From Halomicronema hongdechloris C2206 (GTDB lineage Bacteria > Cyanobacteriota > Cyanobacteriia > Phormidesmidales > Phormidesmidaceae), in NCBI RefSeq assembly GCF_002075285.3, contig NZ_CP021983.2:150001-182000 (forward strand): a stretch of 32,000 nt of DNA, read 5' to 3'. The position numbers and the translations under genes are program-made. Below are positions 9,512-15,897 of this stretch, in pieces; position 1 is the stretch's first letter; every line of letters starts with the position of its first letter. The notes under the pieces were generated by a model. The model was not told the DNA's origin. It made no database searches and was given only the letters and a program-made list of their open reading frames with translations.

Positions 9512-9766
9512 ATGCAAATCAGTGTCGATGTTCCGGATGAGTTGGCGCTGTGACTCAGCCCTCTACAAGACAAACTGCCAGAGATTTTGGAGTTAGGCTT
9601 ACGAGAATGGAATGCTCAAGGCCAACCTGGATTTTCGAGGCTGTCAGAGGTGCTGGAGGTTTTGGCAAATTTGCCGTCTGCTGAAGAAATCTTGGCTTTG
9701 AAACCATCGGAAGCCCTAAGCAGTTCGCAGGGCGATCGCGCTGCCAGAAACCAGCCTTATAATTAG
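9512..9766 (+). pseudogene. Antitoxin-like small protein gene inactivated by an in-frame TGA at codon 14
   Basis: MQISVDVPDELAL*LSPLQDKLPEILELGLREWNAQGQPGFSRLSEVLEVLANLPSAEEILALKPSEAL..., with the TGA at 9551-9553. The reading is continuous in a single frame across the stop, so this is a substitution and not an indel artefact. Confidence 0.5.
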
Positions 9767-9769
9767 GCT

Positions 9770-10032
9770 ATGCTCAAAACCACTCGCTATTTTGACAACT
9801 TTGCTTCGCAGAAACATCCTGAAGTTGAGCGAGCATGGATTGAAAGGGTGAAGTGAACCCGATTAGGATACAGCAGCAGCCCAATCAGCGAATTGCCCAT
9901 TGGGGCAATATTGAAGAAGCGGGAAACCGTGTTCTACGGGTGATCACATTAGAGGATGGTAAAACCGTTCACAATGCTTTCTTCGATCGCAACTTCTATA
10001 AACGTCAGCAGCGAGGTGAAGAACCCAGATGA
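9770..10032 (+). pseudogene. DUF4258-like gene (partner of DUF2283), frameshifted near 9854
   Basis: MLKTTRYFDNFASQKHPEVERAWIERVK* in one frame, then NPIRIQQQPNQRIAHWGNIEEAGNRVLRVITLEDGKTVHNAFFDRNFYKRQQRGEEPR* in the -1 frame. Its TGA (10030-10032) overlaps the ATG of the next gene (ATGA coupling). Confidence 0.5.
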
Positions 10033-10235
10033 AGATCCAATATTTCCCTGATACCGATACCCTAGCCATTGAACTGACGACGCAACCTGTCGTGGCAACG
10101 GACGCGATTACGGATGATTTGATTTTGGACTATGACAGTGATGGCAAGGTCGTTGCCATTACGTTAGACAACTATTCTAAAAACGTAGAAACGGTTGATT
10201 TGCAAGCGCTGGGAGTCCCACTTTTGGCGGCGTAA
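10029..10235 (+). CDS. DUF2283 domain protein (putative antitoxin-type small protein)
   Basis: MKIQYFPDTDTLAIELTTQP...DDLILDYDSDGKVVAITLDN fits the DUF2283 pattern M.I.YD.E.DALYIEL......G.I.D.D..G.IVGIEIL. The ORF is intact at 68 aa. Confidence 0.7.
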   Translation: MKIQYFPDTDTLAIELTTQPVVATDAITDDLILDYDSDGKVVAITLDNYSKNVETVDLQALGVPLLAA

Positions 10236-10496
10236 AGTTTACGCGATCGCGCTAGCAAGTCCCTGTGTAAAGATGGACTGAATGCGATCGCATCCTCCAC
10301 CCTGAAAATCACCCGTTTCGGCTCTGGGCCTATAGCTAAGCCACCGTCAAACCCAATGCCCTCGTTGATAGGGTTACCCATGAATGGCATGTTGCTGTAA
10401 CCAGGCGACAAAAGCTTTCCGCTTCATTTCGCCAGATGCCATCGCCAGCACCATTCGTTGCAGTTCTAAGACTTCTATCAAGCTCAGGTAGCGCAT
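10172..10496 (-). pseudogene. Doc/Fic-family (death-on-curing) toxin remnant, internally deleted and frameshifted
   Basis: ATG 10496 gives MRYLSLIEVLELQRMVLAMASGE..., a Doc-like N-terminus. A shifted frame then reads ...NMPFMGNPINEGIGFDGGLAIG, a degenerate version of the HPFxDGNKRxG Fic motif. The frame contains stops and the expected middle part is missing. Confidence 0.5.
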
Positions 10497-10714
10497 TACG
10501 CTAGACGCCGATAGAGTTCCGCATTCTTGGTGAGGACAGTGTCGGCAGCATCCACGAAATCTGTTTTTTGAGAAGTGAGCCAGTCAACTAAACTTGCCCG
10601 CAATAGGGCGTCCAGCTCGATGCCTTGCGCGTTTGCCAGGTCTTGTAGGGTTTGAAGCTGGCTGTCTGAAAGGTCAATGGTATCTGCCCTTGCTCTGCTT
10701 GCTGAATATCTTCT
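10496..10714 (-). pseudogene. Start-less remnant of the antitoxin that preceded the Doc gene
   Basis: The frame reads ...ADTIDLSDSQLQTLQDLANAQGIELDALLRASLVDWLTSQKTDFVDAADTVLTKNAELYRRLA*. Its TAA overlaps the Doc ATG (TAATG at 10494-10498). No ATG or GTG lies between the upstream TGATGA (10715-10720) and this sequence. Confidence 0.35.
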
Positions 10715-10855
10715 TCATCAAGTTCTGGAAATTCTTGAAGGAGCTCTGCACGGTCAGAGTAGCTCAATCACTCGACGAACTGTCAGCCGAAGATTGCGGA
10801 TGCAAGGCTGACCATTCATCCGATTGGGGTTGCTGGTAATGCGGTCTAGCTTCAT
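10696..10855 (-). pseudogene. DUF433 antitoxin-like gene remnant, frameshifted about 10755-10765 and fused into the next remnant
   Basis: ATG 10855 gives MKLDRITSNPNRMNGQPCIRNLRLTVRRVIELL*, the DUF433 core (G.PCIRG.R..V). A shifted frame continues SDRAELLQEFPELDEEDIQQA. Confidence 0.5.
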
Positions 10856-11000
10856 TGCCGATACGCCAATGTCTTGTGCTTATCTTAGCCCTCGCTAGCT
10901 GGCGATCGCTCTCCACTCTTCGAGATCGCGCTACCGAGTCTTTGCCTAAAGATGGGGATGCAAGCGATCGCCCCCAAGTCCCTTCGCTTTCGCACTGGAG

Positions 11001-11035
11001 GAGCGATGCCCTGCGGGGGCGGCTACGCCAACGCT
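11001..11035. repeat. 35-nt repeat, copy A (GAGCGATGCCCTGCGGGGGCGGCTACGCCAACGCT)
   Basis: 32 of 35 nt are identical to the copy at 11828-11862, in the same orientation. The unit contains an imperfect hairpin, GCGATGCC...GGCTACGC. Confidence 0.85.
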
Positions 11036-11145
11036 GTCAGCTTAGCTTTCAATTGCAGATACCGATTCTCAGCGATCGCCCATTTAATTAGATATTTGAG
11101 ACACTTGTATTAAGGTCAACAGCAAGACTTACCAGGAGGGAAAGC

Positions 11146-11373
11146 ATGAGGTTTACCCGCATTACCGTCCATCCTGACCAAATGGGTGGAGTCCCTTGCA
11201 TTAGAGGCTTACGCATTCCCGTCGCGACGGTTGTCGGGATGTTTGCCGAAGCCATGCAGCCAGACGATATCCTTGCTGCCTACCCTGACTTGGAGCCTCA
11301 AGACCTTTATGAGGCGCTACGCTACGCCGCGCAAGCCGTTCAAGAACGCGAACTGCCCCTCTTATCAGCATGA
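11146..11373 (+). CDS. DUF433 domain protein (antitoxin-like partner of the PIN-like gene)
   Basis: [32 protein letters not shown]...[22 protein letters not shown] strong SD (AGGAGGG, 11133-11139) precedes it, and its stop overlaps the next ATG (ATGA at 11370-11373). Confidence 0.8.
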   Translation: MRFTRITVHPDQMGGVPCIRGLRIPVATVVGMFAEAMQPDDILAAYPDLEPQDLYEALRYAAQAVQERELPLLSA

Positions 11374-11753
11374 AATACCTCGTCGATAACGCCTTGTCGC
11401 CTCTTATTGCGGCAGGACTGCGAGACGTAGGGTATGACGCTGTTCACGTTCGCGACTATGGTATGCAGGCGGCAGCCGATGCCGAAATTTTTGATCGGGC
11501 AGCCTCAGAAGAGCGAGCGGTTTTGTCAGCTGACACCGACTTTGGGACATTACTATCGCAAAGACAAACCAAGTATCCTTCGGTACTCCTGTTTCGTCGG
11601 GGCTCAGAACGAAGTCCGCAACGCCAGCTCGCCCTGCTGTTGAAAAACTTACCGACGGTCACACCCGCTCTAGAAGAGGGAAGTATCGTCGTCATCGAAC
11701 AAGCCAGAATTCGAGTTCGTTCTTTACCCATTGGTGAAATTCGGGAATCGTGA
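11370..11753 (+). CDS. DUF5615-family PIN-like (Mut7-C type) putative ribonuclease toxin
   Basis: [62 protein letters not shown] matches the DUF5615 pattern M.FL.DENLSP.L...L...GHDAVHVRD.G...A.D.EI...A..E.R...T.D.DF. Confidence 0.75.
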   Translation: MKYLVDNALSPLIAAGLRDVGYDAVHVRDYGMQAAADAEIFDRAASEERAVLSADTDFGTLLSQRQTKYPSVLLFRRGSERSPQRQLALLLKNLPTVTPALEEGSIVVIEQARIRVRSLPIGEIRES

Positions 11754-11827
11754 TCTTCCTGCAAACCACAATGCGATCGCACTCCTCCCCCAACTCCCAA
11801 CCTAATCCTCATAGCGTTTTATCTGGG

Positions 11828-11862
11828 GAGCGATGCCCCACGGGGGCGGCTACGCCAATGCT
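11828..11862. repeat. 35-nt repeat, copy B (GAGCGATGCCCCACGGGGGCGGCTACGCCAATGCT)
   Basis: See copy A. This copy starts 75 nt after the PIN-like stop, while copy A ends 111 nt before the DUF433 start. Confidence 0.85.
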
Positions 11863-11927
11863 ATTGCCTACCTACGGTCAGGGTTAAAAACAGTACGCTA
11901 GGGTTAGCAGGTTGAGGAGCAACCATT

Positions 11928-12104
11928 ATGGAAACAGCCAAGCTACTGACAAACGAAGACGGGCAGGTCGTGGTGTTGCCTGCGGCCTTTCAATTCAATG
12001 GCACCGAAGTTTACATCAAAAAAGTCGGGAACGCGATCGTCCTACTCAATAAAGATGAGCCCTGGCAGGCTCTCATCGAAAGCCTTGAGCAGTTTTCCGA
12101 TTAG
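11928..12104 (+). CDS. AbrB/SpoVT-type VapB-like antitoxin, orphan (no vapC follows), possibly C-terminally truncated
   Basis: 58 aa, below the track cutoff. METAKLLTNEDGQVVVLPAAFQFNGTEVYIKKVGNAIVLLNKDEPWQALIESLEQFSD* fits the VapB pattern. SD GAGGAG at 11914-11919. Confidence 0.6.
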   Translation: METAKLLTNEDGQVVVLPAAFQFNGTEVYIKKVGNAIVLLNKDEPWQALIESLEQFSD

Positions 12105-12270
12105 CCCGCAGACCAATCACCGTCAGGCCCACCACCTCTTGGGTTTCTTCGTTATAACGCAACACCACCCCATCCCCTCAGGCATGGCAACCGTTTCAAT
12201 CACCATATCCCGACAGCTATCTATCTCGGGATGCCTCCCAATGATAATGACGGGATTCTTTTTCGCGTTC
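12073..12270 (-). pseudogene. DUF2283-like remnant, frameshifted
   Basis: The reverse strand reads ...KKNPVIIIGRHPEIDSCRDMVIETVAMPEG, then in a shifted frame GDGVVLRYNEETQEVVGLTVIGLRANRKTAQGFR*. The ...G.VVGLTVIG ending is DUF2283-like. Its 3' end overlaps the VapB-like 3' end. Confidence 0.3.
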
Positions 12271-12302
12271 AGTTAGTTGTCTGGGAGCCTTTCATGATTG
12301 TC

Positions 12303-12322
12303 ATTCCCGCAGCGGCGGGAAT
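12303..12322. repeat. REP-like perfect hairpin ATTCCCGC-agcg-GCGGGAAT
   Basis: 8-bp perfect inverted repeat with a 4-nt loop. It translates as ...IPAAAGIQ / ...IPAAAGMT, the peptide signature I associate with a widespread extragenic palindrome family. One copy in this window. Confidence 0.6.
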
Positions 12323-12451
12323 CCAGGGAGTAAACTTCGGCAGGATGCAGATCGCCCTCCCCGGAATCATGGGACTCTTCTTTCCCATCATTTGGTTACC
12401 GCAAGAGGCAATGCCCACCACCTGTCTCAGGAGAACGGTAGGTATTGGCTA

Positions 12452-12996
12452 TTACATGGGTGGCAACACATATCGTTGACCCTCAATGCCTACCCTACAG
12501 TGTTTCCACAGGTACTCAGGGGGATAAAGCTCATGCAGACAGGTGATGGTCAGCAGGCAGGGCAGCCGGGGATAGGCTTGCTTGATCTGGCTGACCAGCT
12601 GCAGCAGGGTATCGACGGCGAAGTCGGTCCCCTTGACGGTGAGAATCAGGATGCGGGCCTGTTGCTGGGACGCCGCAGATCGTCGATTAACTCTTGAATC
12701 AGGGCCTGCATATCCTGATGGGCTTCTCCCAGCCCCACGGTGTCGGTAAAAATCAGCAGGGGCAGTTCTTCCGAGGGATAGGCATAGCGTTCCGTGTGTT
12801 GGGTATGGGGGCGAAAGCCCTGGTCGACGATGGCTGCCGATACCCCGGTCAACCCCCGCACCAGGGAACTCTTGCCCGGCTGGGGTTTGCCGATCAGCAG
12901 GGCTTCGGTGACGGGCAGTTCGTCCCGCACCGCTGCCAAGATCTCGGCCACCCGCTCATCACTGATGTCGAACCAACTCAGTATCGCCTGGCCCAT
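12452..12996 (-). pseudogene. Small P-loop GTPase, broken by a frameshift near 12650-12665 and probably 3'-truncated
   Basis: Frame 1 (12996-12646) reads MGQAILSWFDISDERVAEILAAVRDELPVTEALLIGKPQPGKSSLVRGLTG...LLIFTDTVGLGEAHQD...ELIDDLRRPSNRPAS*, containing G1 GxxxxGKS and G3 DTxG. The -1 frame continues AASQQQARILILTVKGTDFAVDTLLQLVSQIKQAYPRLPCLLTITCLHELYPP... to a stop at 12452-12454. Confidence 0.6.
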
Positions 12997-13532
12997 TTGC
13001 TGCCAAGGTAGGGCGACTACAGGCCGCGACTGGTGCGGCGCCAGAGGTTTTTTACACGTCCGGTCAGGGAAGGGCCAGAGGACTGGGTAGAGTCCTGGGG
13101 ATCCGTCATCGCCGTTGCGATCGCATCGGTGTCACATTCGCCATGTCTTTGCCATTGTATAATCACCACTTTCTTTCTACTTTTCCATCCCCCTCAGGAC
13201 TTATGCAGTGGCATCCGGCTGGGCAGGTAAACCATAGCCCAGCCCTCTTCACGCTTCAACTCGCTGCCATCGCATCTCTTTCCAATCTCATCACGCTTCA
13301 ACTCGCCAACGCCGCGACGATACTGGCTGCGATCGCGTTTTTGATAAATAATGCTTGGATTTTATCGAGCAAAATCGCAATAGTACTGATCAATGGCCGC
13401 TGTTACTCGATGCGATCGCACCTTTCCCCAACTCCATCACCCTCTAGCTCCACCACGGCAGGATAGTGTGCGTTGCGATCGCGTCTTTAGGGGCTGACCG
13501 CGGGATCTTACTGAGGCAAATCCCGACATTTG

Positions 13533-13790
13533 TCAGTGGTCTCCCGGAGGGTTTTCCTTGGGACCTGACCAGATCAGCAATTTGCCCCCCACGTCGGAGC
13601 GGTCAAAGACATCGGCGATGGCGGTGCCAGGAGCTATGGGTTTGGCGGTCTTGTCGGCGGTGACCAGCTGGCTATCCCAGGGGCGGCTGACCTGGTGGCG
13701 CTGGTCGGCCATATCCAGGCGAATCAGGATGGCATTGTGCAGCGATTGCCGCAGGCGGTCGTTGACCTCGGTCCAGACGGCGGCTACCAA
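13533..13790 (-). pseudogene. N-terminal (pre-Walker-A) fragment of a NACHT/STAND-type NTPase, no ATG, cut at the P-loop
   Basis: ...TLVAAVWTEVNDRLRQSLHNAILIRLDMADQRHQVSRPWDSQLVTADKTAKPIAPGTAIADVFDRSDVGGKLLIWSGPKENPPGDH*. As I recall, cyanobacterial NACHT proteins read ...V.RPWD..V.......LP.GT.I..VFD.....LLILGEPGSGKTT here, and the Walker A is destroyed in this copy. The frame is open back to 13942 with only a TTG at 13790. Confidence 0.5.
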
Positions 13791-13918
13791 GGTCTTCTGG
13801 TTGCGATCAGAGCGGGCACAGGCGGGTCTCGGCTCCGGCAGCGGCGAGACGGCTGTAGAGTCGGGAGTTGCCCTGGCAGACCCCTCTACCGCTGGGCGGC
13901 TGGTTGCGGGAGGGGCGG

Positions 13919-14680
13919 TTAAGGGTCTGTGATTACTTGGCTAAGGGCCGAGCGGAGGGAATCTAAGCCGGGGCCGATGGGGCTCTCCAGCCATTCGAAT
14001 AGGGCGGCCACCCGCTGGCCCAGGGCGGCACTGGCTGGGGGCACATTGCCCTTAGGCGGGTTCAAGACAAAGATCAGGGAGTCGAACTGGGTGACGGGTA
14101 GGGCCTGGACGAACTTGTACAACCCCAGCCGGTCTTGGGGAATGGTGAGGCCTGGATTAGACGAGGGGGAAGAGGGGGAAGAAGCATTGGGTGGGGTAGC
14201 CCAGCCATCGTCTGCGGCGGCGGCGGCGGGGGCCAGGGTATCGACGGCGCGGCGAATTCCCCGAACCACGTTGAGGAAGGCTTCATCGCGGTCGTCCCAC
14301 CGGGTGATGGGCTGGCCGTCTTTGGGCAATACCTGTAGCTTCCCGAAGGGAGAGTCCTGCCAATCCGTTGGCCTCAGGATGATGGGAATCACCCGGGCAG
14401 TGCCATGCTGATGCCGTTGCAGGGCCCGCTGCATTTCCTTGTCGAAGCAAAATTCTGAGTTAATAAACTGAGGGCTAATCAGCAGCAGAATGATATCGGC
14501 AGCATCCAGAGCGTTTAGAATCTGCTGGTTCCACTCGGTGCCGGCTTCAATCTGTCGATCCTGCCAGGGTTGAATCCGCCGCTGCCGTTTCAGCGGAGAC
14601 AGGTGGACTTCCAGTTCTGCTTTCAGGGCTTCGTCTCTGTGGGAGTAGGAAATGAAGACGTTGAGGGGGGGATGGGCCAT
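13919..14680 (-). CDS. TIR-domain protein with Ala/Pro/Ser linker and C-terminal ~80-aa helical adaptor-like domain
   Basis: MAHPPLNVFISYSHRDEALKAELEVHL...ADIILLLISPQFINSEFCFDKEMQRAL...VIPIILRP is the bacterial TIR pattern (FISYSH.D, S..F..S.WC..EL-like segment with Glu). The C-terminus reads LYKFVQALPVTQFDSLIFVLNPPKGNVPPASAALGQRVAALFEWLESPIGPGLDSL. I prefer ATG 14680 to the TTG at 14701 used in the track. Confidence 0.8.
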   Translation of the reverse strand: MAHPPLNVFISYSHRDEALKAELEVHLSPLKRQRRIQPWQDRQIEAGTEWNQQILNALDAADIILLLISPQFINSEFCFDKEMQRALQRHQHGTARVIPIILRPTDWQDSPFGKLQVLPKDGQPITRWDDRDEAFLNVVRGIRRAVDTLAPAAAAADDGWATPPNASSPSSPSSNPGLTIPQDRLGLYKFVQALPVTQFDSLIFVLNPPKGNVPPASAALGQRVAALFEWLESPIGPGLDSLRSALSQVITDP

Positions 14681-14994
14681 GGCTGGGGCTAGGGGTGGCA
14701 AATGTCGCTTCCACTATAGCCCCGCGGTGCGATTTGATTCATCCCCGCAGATGTAGTAGCTGTCGGGGGCTTCCAGCTGGCTGTCGGGGTCAGCACCGGA
14801 TCTGCTTCCGGCTCGGCGGTGACGACGACTACGGGAAAGGCCACCATCATAGCGGCGATGGCAGTCTCCCGGGTGGCCAGGGTACAGTTCTGGTAGCTGC
14901 AGGGTCTGCCATGAGGGCTGCTGAGTCCAGCTCCAGGGCCGGGGTCTCGGTTACTCCCTAGAGCTGGACTAGGTTGATGCTAGGTTCCTTAGCG

Positions 14995-15354
14995 CTAAGC
15001 CAGTCTAGCCGTGGCCAGGTGACTCCAGAACACCGGCAGGCAGGCCTGGCAGATGGCCTCCACATGGCGCTCATCGGTGCCGCAACAGCCTCCTAGCACA
15101 TTCAACTGGGACAGCACCTGCTTGAGCTGGCGGTATTGGCTCCCCAGTTCCTCCGGGTTGCCATCGTCTAGGGTGTCAGCCTCATCCAACTCGGCGTGGC
15201 TCTTGGTGGAGGCATTGGCCCGCAGTCCCCGAATTCGCTCTAGCCAGGGGGCTCCAGGGGTGAGGGTGTCGACGAAGTGGGTGGGATGGGCGCAGTTGAT
15301 CATATAGTAGGCCGGTCCTGGGTTGGTGATGGCATCGACCTCGACGGAAATCAC
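14995..15354 (-). pseudogene. Homocysteine S-methyltransferase family, C-terminal third only
   Basis: ...YYMINCAHPTHF...RIRGLRANASTKSHAELDEADTLDDGNPEELG...LNVLGGCCGTDERHVEAI is the C-terminal zinc-site region (GGCCG) of MmuM-type enzymes. About 190 N-terminal residues are missing and only ~160 nt remain before the next gene. Confidence 0.6.
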
Positions 15355-15513
15355 ACCGTTGTGTCTATCAGATCACCGCAATGGGGCGACAGGCATCACG
15401 GTCCTCCGCTGAGAACCCCGGCATCATGTAGTCATACACACAAGGAGTTGTCCCCCCACCCCACCTCCCCTGGGTATTGACTCCATTACCCCCTCTCTCT
15501 GGAGTTTTCCACC

Positions 15514-15690
15514 ATGCAGCCGACGTATCGCGGCCTCCCCTATCAGGCGTTTCCCCCCATTCTGCCGATTATGCCCGCCGAAGGCCTTGGCCCGGGTCGC
15601 GGCATGCATCGGCAAGCCTTGTCGGGTCAGGCTCGGCCCCAATCCTTGGGCCTAGGGCTACCCCATCGAGGCGGGCGCTATAGCCACTAA
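15514..15690 (+). CDS. DUF4278-type small cyanobacterial protein
   Basis: 58 aa, below the track cutoff. MQPTYRGLPYQAFPP...PHRGGRYSH* begins with the M.L.YRG..Y signature and ends with an RG..Y-like repeat. A terminator follows. Confidence 0.5.
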   Translation: MQPTYRGLPYQAFPPILPIMPAEGLGPGRGMHRQALSGQARPQSLGLGLPHRGGRYSH

Positions 15691-15740
15691 CATTTTCTCT
15701 CCGGACGTTCCACAACCCTTGACCGCACCTACCCACACCC

Positions 15741-15769
15741 ACTCCGGCCCTGCGGTCGGAGTTTTTTTA
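15741..15769 (+). terminator. Rho-independent terminator
   Basis: ACTCCGGCC-ctgc-GGTCGGAGT: a 9-bp stem with one G-U pair and a 4-nt loop, followed by a T7 run (15762-15768). Confidence 0.75.
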
Positions 15770-15897
15770 TTGGGGCCAAGACGGGGCTAGCAGCCGGCAG
15801 TCAAAGTACAGGCTTAGCCGTCTGATGGCTTCTCTCTAGGGGCAGAGGCCACTAGACTATAGGCAACACATCATTCGCTGTAGAAGGAACATGAGCA

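Noticed and set aside
10594-11091. + strand ORFs 10594-10839 and 10855-11091
   Set aside because: They are antisense to or overlap the DUF433/Doc-antitoxin remnants. They also run through HIP1 sites and the 35-nt repeat (the ...SDALRGRLRQR... translation is the repeat itself). No family resemblance.
11998-12479. + strand ORFs 11998-12276 and 12231-12479
   Set aside because: The first is out of frame within the VapB-like gene and antisense to the DUF2283-like remnant. The second reads through the REP-like hairpin (VIPAAAGIQ). Neither resembles a known protein.
14689-14850. 53-codon ORF (MMVAFPVVVVTAEPEADPVLTPTASWKPP...) ending 8 nt before the TIR ATG
   Set aside because: It has no recognisable family and no convincing SD, and its frame is open upstream without a start. 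It lies in the promoter region of the TIR gene and could be chance in GC-rich DNA. Worth a look only if ribosome profiling exists.
8810-15500. Calling the accessory block a genomic island or mobile element
   Set aside because: I could identify no integrase, transposase, tRNA attachment site or terminal inverted repeats, and HIP1 density argues against recent foreign origin. I describe it as a decay/turnover hotspot instead.
15770-15897. Mg-sensing (M-box) riboswitch upstream of mgtE
   Set aside because: I saw no extended conserved helices or recognisable M-box core. The leader is short (~130 nt) compared with an M-box. Not supported by eye.
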